Below are positions 1 through 13,120 of a DNA stretch of 64,000 nucleotides, piece by piece. How positions within the stretch are numbered: the stretch's first letter is position 1; every line of letters begins with the position of its first letter. The DNA comes from Tubulanus polymorphus (lineage: Eukaryota > Animalia > Nemertea): contig NC_134030.1 of assembly GCF_964204645.1 (NCBI RefSeq), positions 15,562,110 through 15,626,109 of the forward strand, read 5' to 3'. The notes under the pieces were generated by a model. The model saw only the letters and a list, made by a program, of their open reading frames with translations, was not told where the DNA came from and did no database searches. Made by a program: the position numbers and the translations under genes.

Positions 1-205
1 TTTCGCGGGCGACAAAACCAAAATATTGAATTGTCGCGGGCGACAAAACCAAAAAAAGAATTGTCGGGGCGACAAAACCAAAATAATGAATTGTCGCGGG
101 CGATAAAACCAAAATAATGAATTGTCGCGGACGACAAAAACAAAATATTGAATTGTTGCGTGCGACAAAACCAAAATAATGAATTGTCGCGGGCAACAAA
201 ACCAA
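1..205. repeat. 31-bp satellite array (continues off the left edge)
   Basis: Tandem units GAATTGTCGCGGGCGACAAAACCAAAATAAT with variants. Confidence 0.95.
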
Positions 206-1437
206 ACTAGGGGTCCAGGGACACCATGCTCACTTGGGAAGTGGTTTCAAATGCTCAACAATCTAACAATTTCAATACATAACGCCCTCTAGTGACCATA
301 TACAAAAACCAATGACCTTGAAACCCACCACAATCATAGAACATGTGAGCAGCTATGATTTTGTAATCGATTGTGATAACAAAATATGCCTCGTTACCAA
401 TTTAATATGGAAATACTAAGTTATTCTACTATTCAACGCCCCCTGGTGACCATATGCAAAACCCAATGACCTTAAAACTCACCCCAATCGTAGTACATGT
501 CATAAAATACAACTTTGCAATTGATCATAGTAACAAAATATGCCTAGGTACCAATCTAAAAAGAAAATACTAAGACATTCTACTATTCAACGCCCCCTGG
601 TGACTATATGGAATAACTAATGTCCTTAAAAACTCACCACAATCATAGACGATGTCATGAACTACAACTTTGCAATAGATCATGGTAACAAAATATGCCT
701 TGGTACAAATATAGCAATACTAAGTTATTGTATATACATACAAAAACCAATGACCTTGAAACTCACCAAAATCATAGAACACGTTATGGGCTACAACTTT
801 CCAATTGAATATAGCAACACAATATGCTTAGGTATCAATTTAATGTGGAAAAACTTTTTCCCACCTCAGTACTGATGACACCAAGATGGCCGCCAATTGC
901 GTCATAATTGGCTGATCAAAGATACTTGTCCCAGGTATAAAACATCCCTCTCTAAAGAATACCCATCAGCAATTGCAATGAGAAATGGCAAACCAGTAGG
1001 AAGCTACGTGACCTAGAATTTTGGCCAAAATTGACATTTTTGGGCACTAAAAAGGTCATAGGACGGCCATCTTGAGTCAGATCGACCCAATTTTCTTATG
1101 CTGATGGGCCTTTGGTAGATTCAAATATAAACGAAAGATCAAGGTAATTGATCAAAGCGTCTTCAAAATTTCCCACGAAAACTTCGAAAATGTTTAAACA
1201 GTGCTGATTTTGGCAAACAACAATGGCTGCCAGTCGGCCATCTTGAATCTGATAGGGCCAGTTTTTGGGCTGACGATGTGTCTAGGGTAGATACATGTAT
1301 AAACCAAATATCAAGACATTACCTTGAAGTGTCTTCAAAACTTCCCAAAATAACTGGATTCCGTCTATGGACGGACCGACGGACGAAAAGTGAACGCAAT
1401 AGCCCGCTGGGACTAAAGTCCCAAGTGGACTGAAAAA
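204..1437 (-). mobile_element. Non-autonomous Helentron (HINE/DINE-like) element with internal ~155-bp tandem repeats
   Basis: Minus strand starts TTTTTCAGTCCACTTGGGACTTTAGTCCCAGCGGGCTATTGCG with a stem-loop, followed by a (CGTC/GTCC)n-like tract. It ends ...TCCCAAGTGAGCATGGTGTCCCTGGACCCCTAGTT. Subterminal inverted repeat CACTTGGGA (231-239)/TCCCAAGTG (1419-1427). Internal units begin AACGCCC at ~281, ~435 and ~589. Confidence 0.75.
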
Positions 1438-4400
1438 TAATTGTTGCGGGCGACAAAACCAAAATATTGAATTGTCGCGGGCGACAAAACCAAACTAATG
1501 AATTGTCGCGGGCGACAAAACCAAACTAATGAATTGTCGCGGGCGATAAAACCAAACTAATGAATTGTCGCGGGCGATAAAACAAAAATATTGAATCGTC
1601 TCGGGCGACAAAAACAAAATATTGAATCGTCGCGGGCGACAAAATCAAAATAATGAATTGTCGCGGGCGACAAAACCAAAATAATGAATTGTCGCGGGCG
1701 ATAAAACCAAAATAATGAATGGTCTCGGGCGACAAAACCAAAATAATGAATTGTCGCGGGCGATAAAACCAAAATATTGAATTGTCGCGGGCGACAAAAC
1801 CACAAAAAAAATTGGCACGGGCGATAAAAACAAAATATAAAACCAAAATAATGAATTGTCGTGGGCGATAAAACCAAAATATTGAATTGTCGCGGGCGAT
1901 AAAACCAAAATAACCAATTGTCGCGGGCGATAAAACCAAAATAATGAATTATCACGGGCGATAAAACCAAAATATTGAATTGTTGCGGGCGATTAAACCA
2001 AAATAATGAATTGTCTCGGGCGACAAAACCAAAATAATGAATTGTCGCGGGCGATAAAACCAAAATAATGAATTGTCGCGGGCGATAAAACCAAAATATT
2101 GAATTGTCGCGGCCGATAAAACAAAATTAATGAATTGTCGCGGGCGACTAAACCAAAATATTGAATTGTTGCGGGCGACAAAACAAAAATAATGAATTGT
2201 CGCGGGCGACAAAACCAAAATGGTGAATTGTCGCGGGCTACAAAACCAAATGGTGAATTGTCGCGAGCGACAAAACTAAAATAATGAATTGTCGCGGGCG
2301 ATAAAACCGTAATAATGAATTTTTCCGGGCGATAAAACAAAAATAATGAATTGTCTCAGGCGACAAAACAAAAATAATGAATAATCGCGGGCGATAAAAC
2401 AAAAATATTGAGTTGTCGCAGGCGATAAAACCAAAAAAGGAAATTGTCGCGGGCGACAAAAACAAAATATAAAACCAAAATAATGAATTGTCGCGGGCGA
2501 CAAAACCAAAATAATGAATTGTCGGTGGCGATAAAACCAAAGTAATGAATTGTCGCGGGCGATAAAACCAAAATATTGAATTTTCGTGGGCAACAAAACC
2601 AAAATATTGAATTGTCGCGGGCGACAAAACCAAACTAATGAATTTTCGAGGGCGACAAAACCAAACTAATGAATTGTCGCGGGCGACAAAACCAAAAAAA
2701 GAATTGTCGGGGCGACAAAACAAAAATAATGAATTGTCGCGGGCTATAAATCAAAATTAATGAATTGTCGCGGGCGACAAAACCAAAATATTGAATTGTC
2801 GCGGGCGACTAAACCAAAATATTGAATTGTTGCGGGCGACAAAACGAAAAAAAGAATTGTCGGGGCGACAAAACAAAAATAATGAATTGTCGCGGGCTAT
2901 AAATCAAAATTAATGAATTGTCGCGGGCGATAAAACCAAAATAATGAATTGTCGCGGGCGACAAAACCAAAATGGTGAATTGTCGCGGGCGACAAAACAA
3001 AAAAGGTGAATTGTCGCGGGCGACAAAACCAAAATGGTGAATTGTCGCGAGCAACAAAACTAAAATAATGAATTGTCGCGGGCGATAAAACCAAAATAAT
3101 GAATTGTCCCGGGCGATAAAACCAAAATATTGAATTGTCGCGGGCGACAAAACCACAAAAAAAATTGGCACGGGCGATAAAAACAAAATATAAAACCAAA
3201 ATAATGAATTGTCGTGGGCGATAAAACCAAAATATTGAATTGTCGCGGGCGATAAAACCAAAATAACCAATTGTCGCGGGCGATAAAACCAAAATAATGA
3301 ATTATCGCGGGCGATCAAACCAAAATATTGAATTGTTGCTGGCGATTAAACCAAAATAATGAATTGTCTCGGGCGACAAAACCAAAATAATGAATTGTCG
3401 CGGGCGATAAAACCAAAATAATGAATTGTCGCGGGCGATAAAACCAAAATATTGAATTGTCGCGGCCGATAAAACAAAATTAATGAATTGTCGCGGGCGA
3501 CTAAACCAAAATATTGAATTGTTGCGGGAGACAAAACCAAAAAAAGAATTGTCGGGACGACAAAACAAAAATAATGAATTGTCGCGGGCTATAAATCAAA
3601 ATTGATGAATTGTCGCGGGCGATAAAACCAAAATAATGAATTGTCGCGGGCGACCAAACCAAAATGGTGAATTGTCGCGGGCGACAAAACCAAAAAGGTG
3701 AATTGTCACGGGCGACAAAACCAAAATGGTGAATTGTCGCGAGCGACAAAACTAAAATAATGAATTGTCGCGGGCGATAAAACCGTAATAATGAATTGTC
3801 GCGGGCGATAAAACCAAAATAATGAATTGTCTCGTGGGACAAAAACAAAATATTGAATTGTCACGTGCGACAAAACCAAAATAATGAATTATCGCGGGCG
3901 ACAAAACCAAAATAATGAATTTTCGCGGGCGATAAAACCAAAATAATGAATTATCGCGGGCGATAAAACCAAAATATTGAATTGTCGCGGGCAACAAAAC
4001 CAAAATAATGAATTGTCGCGGGCGATAAAACCGTAATAATGAATTGTCGCGGGCGATAAAACCAAAATAATGAATTGTCTCGTGGGACAAAAACAAAATA
4101 TTGAATTGTCACGTGCGACAAAACCAAAATAATGAATTATCGCGGGCGACAAAACCAAAATAATGAATTTTCGCGGGCGATAAAACCAAAATAATGAATT
4201 ATCGCGGGCGATAAAACCAAAATATTGAATTGTCGCGGGCAACAAAACCAAAATAATGAATTGTCGCGGGCGATAAAACCGTAATAATGAATTGTCGCGG
4301 GCGATAAAACCAAAATAATGAATTGTCTCGTGGGACAAAAACAAAATATTGAATTGTCACGTGCGACAAAACCAAAATAATGAATTATCGCGGGCGACAA

Positions 4401-7035
4401 AACCAAAATAATGAATTTTCGCGGGCGATAAAACCAAAATAATGAATTATCGCGGGCGATAAAACCAAAATATTGAATTGTCGCGGGCAACAAAACCAAA
4501 ATATTGAATTTTCGCAGGCGATAAAACCAAAATTATGAATTGTCGCGGGCAACAAAACCAAAATAATGAATTGTCGCGGGCGATAAAACCGTAATAATGA
4601 ATTGTCGCGGGCGATAAAACCAAAATAATGAATTGTCTCGTGGGACAAAAACAAAATATTGAATTGTCACGTGCGACAAAACCAAAATAATGAATTATCG
4701 CGGGCGACAAAACCAAAATAATGAATTTTCGCGGGCGATAAAACCAAAATAATGAATTATCGCGGGCGATAAAACCAAAATATTGAATTGTCGTGGGCGA
4801 TAAAACCAAAATATTGAATTGTCGCGGGCGATAAAACCAAAATAACCAATTGTCGCGGGCGATAAAACCAAAATAATGAATTATCGCGGGCGATCAAACC
4901 AAAATATTGAATTGTTGCTGGCGATTAAACCAAAATAATGAATTGTCTCGGGCGACAAAACCAAAATAATGAATTGTCGCGGGCGATAAAACCAAAATAA
5001 TGAATTGTCGCGGGCGATAAAACCAAAATATTGAATTGTCGCGGCCGATAAAACAAAATTAATGAATTGTCGCGGGCGACTAAACCAAAATATTGAATTG
5101 TTGCGGGAGACAAAACCAAAAAAAGAATTGTCGGGACGACAAAACAAAAATAATGAATTGTCGCGGGCTATAAATCAAAATTGATGAATTGTCGCGGGCG
5201 ATAAAACCAAAATAATGAATTGTCGCGGGCGACAAAACCAAAATGGTGAATTGTCGCGGGCGACAAAACCAAAAAGGTGAATTGTCACGGGCGACAAAAC
5301 CAAAATGGTGAATTGTCGCGAGCGACAAAACTAAAATAATGAATTGTCGCGGGCGATAAAACCGTAATAATGAATTGTCGCGGGCGATAAAACCAAAATA
5401 ATGAATTGTCTCGTGGGACAAAAACAAAATATTGAATTGTCACGTGCGACAAAACCAAAATAATGAATTATCGCGGGCGACAAAACCAAAATAATGAATT
5501 TTCGCGGGCGATAAAACCAAAATAATGAATTATCGCGGGCGATAAAACCAAAATATTGAATTGTCGCGGGCAACAAAACCAAAATAATGAATTGTCGCGG
5601 GCGATAAAACCGTAATAATGAATTGTCGCGGGCGATAAAACCAAAATAATGAATTGTCTCGTGGGACAAAAACAAAATATTGAATTGTCACGTGCGACAA
5701 AACCAAAATAATGAATTATCGCGGGCGACAAAACCAAAATAATGAATTTTCGCGGGCGATAAAACCAAAATAATGAATTATCGCGGGCGATAAAACCAAA
5801 ATATTGAATTGTCGCGGGCAACAAAACCAAAATAATGAATTGTCGCGGGCGATAAAACCGTAATAATGAATTGTCGCGGGCGATAAAACCAAAATAATGA
5901 ATTGTCTCGTGGGACAAAAACAAAATATTGAATTGTCACGTGCGACAAAACCAAAATAATGAATTATCGCGGGCGACAAAACCAAAATAATGAATTTTCG
6001 CGGGCGATAAAACCAAAATAATGAATTATCGCGGGCGATAAAACCAAAATATTGAATTGTCGCGGGCAACAAAACCAAAATATTGAATTTTCGCAGGCGA
6101 TAAAACCAAAATTATGAATTGTCGCGGGCGATAAAACCAGAATAATGAATTTTTCGCGGGCGATAAAACAAAAATATTGAATTGTCGCAGGCGATAAAAC
6201 CAAAAAAGAAAATTGTCGCGGGCGACAAAAACAAAATATAAAACCAAAATAATGAATTGTCGCGGGCGACAAAACCAAAATAATGAATTGTCGGTGGCGA
6301 TAAAACCAAAGTAATGAATTGTCGCGGGCGATAAAACCAAAATATTGAATTTTCGTGGGCGACAAAACCAAAATATTGAATTTTCGCGGGCGACAAAACC
6401 AAACTAATGAATTGTCGAGGGCGACAAAACCAAACTAATGAATTGTCGCGGGCGACAAAACCAAAAAAAGAATTGTCGAGGCGACAAAACAAAAATAATG
6501 AATTGTCGCGGGCTATAAATCAAAATTAATGAATTGTCGCGGGCGACAAAACCAAAATATTGAATTGTCGTGGGCGACTAAACCAAAATATTGAATTGTT
6601 GCGGGCGACAAAACCAAAAAAAGAATTGTCGGGGCGACAAAACAAAATTAATGAATTGTCGCGGGCTATAAATCAAAATCAATGAATTGTCGCGGGCGAT
6701 AAAACCAAAATAATGAATTGTCGCGGGCGACAAAACTCAAAAGGTGAATTGTCGCGGGCGACAAAACCAAAATGGTGAATTGTCGCGAGCAACAAAACTA
6801 AAATAATGAATTGTCGCGGGCGATAAAACCAAAATAATGAATGGTCTCGGGCGACAAAGCCAAAATAATGAATTGTCGCGGGCGATAAAAACAAAATATT
6901 GAATTGTCCCGGGCGATAAAACCAAATTAATGAATTATCGCGGGCGATAAAACCAAAATATTGAATTGTCGCGGGCGATAAAACCAAAATAATGAATTGT
7001 CGCGGGCGACAAAACCAAAATATTGAATTGTCGCG
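1438..7035. repeat. 31-bp satellite array with 248-bp (8-mer) and ~1579-bp higher-order repeats
   Basis: Continuous tandem units. Identical variant runs recur 248 bp apart (ORFs starting 3848/4096/4344) and 1579 bp apart (identical ORFs at 3302 and 4881). Confidence 0.95.
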
Positions 7036-7341
7036 GAATGATGCAATCGTGAGTTGAAATAATACCTGAACAAATCGATGCACAGACATTTACTTATATA
7101 TCTACTTGAACAATCGAGCTTCTCAGTAATATACTCAGTTTTTACGAAACCTGGAGTTTTTGTTTCAGAGAAATTTGAGTATCAGTATCCGATGCTATAT
7201 ACTAACGTTAACGTTAGTTATCATCGCTCCGTCATGCTAAGTTATACATTTCATGTCAACCAGTATCTACAGGCAGCTGTACATTGTGTACACACTATAT
7301 CTGAATACGAGGCTGGAATAGCAGGCTCACTTCACGTAGGT

Positions 7342-7720
7342 TCATGATGAGGAGAAACTCGCAGCTGATCCCCGGAACGACGATGTAGTAACACACGTCG
7401 ATTCGTAGATGTTTACGGCTCGACAGTGCTTTTAAAATCTAAAGTAGTAAATTTCCAGTGTATCGGTAATATGATTTGATGAGGAAAATGGGCTATTGTT
7501 AAAATCACTGTTTGAAGACCGCGACTGAATGTGAAGTCTGCGGCAATAAATTAGTTCATTTATACTTGAATTGATAATCGAAGTGACAGTCAGCCTGCGG
7601 GTTGATTTCGGGATGACGACTCGAAAAACATGTCGCCCCATTGAATGGGGCTAAATTTTCGATGTTTACGGCCCGACAGCGCTTTTGTAACGATGATTCG
7701 TGAAAAAACACGCGGGCTAT
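7342..7720 (+). repeat. Dispersed repeat, near-identical to 28844-29222 (probably part of a non-autonomous transposon)
   Basis: TCATGATGAGGAGAAACTCGCAGCTGATCCCCGG...CGCGGGCTAT occurs at both loci; both are followed nearby by AGGGTTTTCTGT/ACAGAAAACCCT palindromic units. Confidence 0.85.
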
Positions 7721-7945
7721 TTGTAGATCTCAGTGAGCTGAACGATATTATATGGATTGTATATGAAACAGCGGTAAGGTAACAAAGCCTATGTTCTTTT
7801 GGTAAACATAGTGTGGAAGAAAATAATAATAATAATAATCACGCGGATATCAATAGGGTTTTCTGTGAAATAACAGAAAACCCTAAATATAGCTGCAAAG
7901 CAGCGATAACGGGTTTTCTGCACAGTCTTAGAATCCTGTTCAACG

Positions 7946-8180
7946 GTGGATTTCAACAAAGCATTTGATAAGGCTCAACATCAGCCATTACTAAACAGGC
8001 TATTAGGAAACAGTATCAATGATAGGTCGCCCAAATGGCTCAGCAGTTATCTCTGAACGGAAACTTGTAACCGAAATCAACGGAACGCCTCATCTTGGAA
8101 TTAGACGGTGTAACTAGTGGAGTCACGCAAGGTAGTATCCTAAGTCGTCTTCTGTTTAATCTCCTGACAATTGACATACA
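7946..8180 (+). pseudogene. Decayed non-LTR retrotransposon (CR1/L2-like) reverse transcriptase fragment
   Basis: Manual translation gives VDFNKAFDKAQHQPLLNRL...KWLSSYL* and later VTSGVTQGSILSRLLFNLL, matching the RT motifs DFxKAFD and SGVPQGSxLGPLLF; stop and indels present. Confidence 0.75.
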
Positions 8181-8267
8181 CAGTAATCCAAAATATACCA
8201 GACCGAGTAAATTTCCAAAACGACCTTAACACACTGTTCAATCAAAAAACTTAATGTTCCGCCAAAC

Positions 8268-8564
8268 CACGGGCGACAAAACCAAAATTATGAATTGTCG
8301 CGGGTGACAAAACCAAAATATTGAATTGTAACGGGTGACAAAACAAAAATAATGAATTGTCGCGGGCGATAAAACCAAAATAATGAATTGTCGCGGGCGA
8401 TAAAACCACAATAATGAATTGTCGCGAGCGTTAAAACCAAATTATTGAATCGTCCCGGGCGATAAAACCAAAATAATGAATTGTCGCGGACGGCAAAAAC
8501 AAAATAATGAATTGTTGCGTGCGACAAAACCAAAATAATGAATTGTCGCGGGCGACAAAACCAA
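8268..8564. repeat. 31-bp satellite array segment
   Basis: Tandem 31-bp units. Confidence 0.9.
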
Positions 8565-9718
8565 ACTTGGGGTCCAGGGACACCATGCTCACTTGGGAAG
8601 TGGTTTCAAATGCTCAACTATCTAACAATTTAAATACATAACGCCCTCTAGTGACCATATACAAAAACTAATGACCTTGAAACCCACCACAATCATAGAA
8701 CATGTGAGCAGCTATGATTTTGTAATTGATTGTGATAATAAAATATGCCTCGTTACCAATTTAATATGGAAATACTAAGTTATTCTACTATTCAACGCCC
8801 TCTGGTGACCATATGCAAAACCCAATGACCTTAAAACTCACCACAATCGTAGTACATGTCATGAAATTTTGCAATTGATCATAGTAACAAAATATAAGGA
8901 AATACTAAGCCTAGTAAATAAGGAAATACTAAGCCATTCTACTATTCAGCGCCCCCTGGTGACTATATGGAATAACTAATGTCCTTAAAAACTCACCACA
9001 ATCATAGACGATGTCATGAACTACAACTTAACAATGGATCATGGTAACAAACTATGCCTAGGTACCAATCTAATAAGGAAAAACTAAGCTTTTCTACTAT
9101 TCAACGCCCCCTTGTGACGATATGGATTAACTAATGTCCTTAAAAACTCACCACAATCATAGACGATGTCATGAACTACAACTTTGCAATTGATCATGGT
9201 AACAAAATATGCCTTGGTACAAATATAATATAGCGATACTAAGTTATTGTATTATTCAACGCCCCCTGATGGCCACATACAAAAACCAATGACCTTGAAA
9301 CTCACCAAAATCATAGAACACGTTATGGGCTACAACTTTCCAATTGAATATAGTAACACAATATGCTTAGGTATCGATTAATTGTGGAAAAACTTTTTCC
9401 CACCTACGAATGAGTACTGATGACACCAAGATGGCCGCCAATTGCGTCATAATTGGCTGATCAAAAATACCTGTCCCAGGTATAAAACATCCCTCTCTAA
9501 AGAATATCCATCAGCAATTGCAATGAGAAATGGCAATCCAGTAGGAAGCTACAGGACCTAGAACTCTGGCCAAAATTGACATTTTTGGGCACTAAAAAGG
9601 TCATAGGACGACCATCTTGAGTCAGATCGACCCAATTTTCTTATGCTGATGGGCCTTTGGTAGATTCAAATATAAACGAAAGATCAAGGTAATTGATCAA
9701 AGCGTCTTCAAAATTTTC
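8563..9718 (-). mobile_element. Second, truncated copy of the HINE element (lacks the 5' end present at ~1175-1437)
   Basis: Colinear with 204-1170, with an extra internal repeat unit; breaks off after GCGTCTTCAAAATTT. Confidence 0.75.
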
Positions 9719-9719
9719 T

Positions 9720-12587
9720 TTGGGCGGCAAAACCAAAATAATGAATTGTCGCGGGCGATAAAACCAAAATAATGAATTGTCTCGTGCGACAAAACCAAAA
9801 TAATAAATTGTCACAGGGCAATAAAACCAAAATAATGAATTATCGCGGGCGATAAAACCAAAATATTGAATTGTCGCAGGCGATAAAACCAAAATAATGA
9901 ATTGTCGCGGGCGACAAAACCAAAAAAAATTGTCGCGGGCGACAAAAACAAAATATAAAACCAAAATAATGAATTGTCGCGGGCGTCAAAATGAAAAGAA
10001 GAATTGTCGCGGGCGACAAAACCAAAATAATGAATTGTCGCTGGAGATAAAACCAAAATATTGAATTGTCGCGGGCGACAAAACCAAACTAATCAATTGT
10101 CGCGGGCGACAAAACCAAAAAAAGAATTGTGGGGGCAACAAAACCAAAATAATGAATTGTCGCGGGCGACAAAACCAAAATGGTGAATGGTCCAGGCGAC
10201 AAAACCAAAATGGTGAATTGTCGCGGGCGACAAAACCAAAATGGTGAATTGTCGCGGGCGACAAAACAAAAAAAGAAGAATTGTCGCGGTCGACAAAACC
10301 AAAATAATGAATTGTCACTGGCGATAAAACCAAAATGGTGAATTGTCCAGGCGACAAAACCAAAATTGTGAATTGTCGCGGGCGACAAAACCAAAATAAT
10401 GAATTGTCGCGGGCGATAAAACCAAAATAATGAATTGTCTCGGGTGACGAAACCAAAATAATGAATTGTCGCGGGCGATAAAACCAAAATAATGAATTGT
10501 CGCGGGCGATAAAACCGAAATAATGAATTGTCGCGGGCGACAAAACCAAAATGGGGAATTGTCGTGGGCGACAAAACCAAAATAATGAATTGTCGCGGGC
10601 GACAAAACCAAAAAAAAAATTGTCACGGGCGACTAAAACAAAATATAAAATCAAAATAATGAATTGTCGCGGGCGACACAACCAAAAAGAAGAATTGTCG
10701 CGGGCGACAAAACCAAAATAATGAATTGTAGCTGGAGATAAAACCAAAGTAATGAATTGCCGCAGGCGACAAAACCAAAATATTGAATTGTCGCGGGCGA
10801 CAAAACCAAACTAATGAATTGTAGCTGGAGATAAAACCAAAGTAATGAATTGTCGCAGGCGACAAAACCAAAATATTGAATTGTCGCGGGCGACAAAACC
10901 AAAGTAATGAATTGTCGCAGGCGACAAAACCAAAATATTGAATTGTCGCGGGCGACAAAACCAAAATAATGAAGTGTCGCGGGCGATAAAACCAAAATAA
11001 TGAATTGTCGCGGGCGATAAAACCAAAATAATGAATTGTCGCGGGCGACAAAACCAAAATGGGGAATTGTCACGGGCGACAAAACCAAAAAGAAGAATTG
11101 TCGCGGGCGACAAAACCAAAATAATGAATTGTCGCGGGCGATAAAACCAAAATATTGAATTTTCGCGGGCGACAAAACCAAAATATTGAATTTTCGCGGG
11201 CGTCAAATCCAAAATATTGAATTTTCGCGGGCGACAAAACCAAAATACTGAATTGTCGCGGGCGACAAAACCAAACTAATGAATTGTCGCGGGTGACAAA
11301 ACCAAAAAAAGAATTGTCGGGGGCGACAAAACCAAAATATTGAATTGTCGCGGGCGACAAAACCAAACTAATGAATTGTTGCGGGCGACAAAACCAAAAA
11401 AAGAATTGTCGGGCGACAAAACCAAAATAATGATTCGTCGCGGGCGATAAAACCAAAATAATGAATTGTCGCGGGCGACAAAACCAAAATGGTGAATTGT
11501 CCAGGCGACAAAACTAAAATGGTGAATTGTCGCGGGCGACAAAACCAAAATAATGAATTGTTGCGGGCGATAAAACCAAAATGATGAATTGTCTCGGGCG
11601 ACAAAACCAAAATAATGAATTGTCGCGGGCGACAAAACCAAAATATTGAATTGTCACGGGCGACAAAACCAAACTAATGAATTGTAGCTGGAGATAAAAC
11701 CAAAGTAATGAATTGTCGCGGGCGACAAAACCAAAATATTGAATTGTCGCGGGCGACAAAACCAAAATGGGGAATTGTCGCGGGCGACAAAACCAAAATA
11801 ATGAATTGTCGCGGGCGACAAAACCAAAAAAAAAATTGTCACGGGCGACTAAAACAAAATATAAAATCAAAATAATGAATTGTCGCGGGCGACACAACCA
11901 AAAAGAAGAATCGTCGTGGGCGACAAAACCAAAATAATGAATTGTAGCTGGAGATAAAACCAAAGTAATGAATTGCCGCAGGCGACAAAACCAAAATATT
12001 GAATTGTCGTGGGCGACAAAACCAAAATGGTGAATTGTCCAGGCGACAAAACTAAAATGGTGAATTGTCGCGGGCGACAAAACCAAAATAAAGAATTGTC
12101 GCGGGCGACAAAACCAAAATGGGGAATTGTCGCGGGCGACAAAACCAAAATAATGAATTGTCGCGGGCGACAAAACCAAAAAGAAGAATTGTCGCGGGCG
12201 ACAAAACCAAAATAATGAATTGTCGGGGGCGACAAAACCAAAATATTGATTTGTCGCGGGCGACAAAACAAAACTAATGAATTGTCGCAGGCGACAAAAC
12301 CAAAAAGAAGAATTGTCGCGGGCGACAAAACCAAAATAATGAATTGTCGCTGGAGATAAAACCAAAATGGTGAATTGTCGCCGGCGATAAAACCGTAATA
12401 ATGAATTGTCGCCGGCGATAAAACCGAAATAATGAATAGTCTCGGGCGACCTAACCGAAATAATGAATTATCGCGGGCGATAAAACCAAAATATTGAATT
12501 GTCGCGGGCGATAAAACCAAAATATTGAATTGTCGCGGGCGACAAAACCAAAAAAAAAATTGTCGCGGGCGACAAAAACAAAATATA
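9720..12587. repeat. 31-bp satellite array
   Basis: Tandem 31-bp units up to the Maverick terminus. Confidence 0.95.
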
Positions 12588-13120
12588 AGTAATAGGGATA
12601 ATAGGCTTTCAGATCAAAGGTCTAAGGGTCGAGCTCGTAAAAAAATGAAAATAATAATAATTTACAGCTGAATTAGTCGCGCACACTCCTAATTCAACTG
12701 TAAATTATTATTATTTTCATTTTTTACTCACTCACCCCTTCAACCTTTGATATGAAAGCCTATTATCCCTAATACTCCTAAAATATTCATATATATGAAT
12801 AAAATATAAATGAATAACTTCTAAAATCAATTTTAATAAAAAATTTGATATTAAAATGGAAACAAATAAGTACTACTGTCCAACATGTAATATCAATATA
12901 GATAAATCCCAAAAAGCAAGGCACAATAAAACTAAAACACATTTAGAGAATAAATTGAAACTAGAATATGAAGATGATATATTAGAAACTAAATTAGATG
13001 AATTAAAGAATGAAAAAGATACATATAAATGTGATACATGTAATCAATCATTCAGTGATAAAAGATATTTTAAAGAACATTTAAAATCTAAAAGTCATAT
13101 TAGAAATAAGAATAATGATA
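12588..13120 (+). repeat. Left TIR of element A (includes 189-bp hairpin 12588-12776, promoter region and first ~88 codons)
   Basis: Reverse complement of 27521-28053 with scattered substitutions. Confidence 0.93.

Noticed and set aside
657-875. 72-aa ORF
   Set aside because: Lies within HINE internal repeats; no protein features.
1526-12520. Dozens of minus-strand ORFs (VLSPATIHYFGF...)
   Set aside because: These are translations of the 31-bp satellite; the same peptide appears in all three frames because 31 is not a multiple of 3.
1-12587. 31-bp repeats with a dyad as a CRISPR array
   Set aside because: Units are head-to-tail with no unique spacers, there are no cas genes, and the context is eukaryotic; this is satellite DNA.
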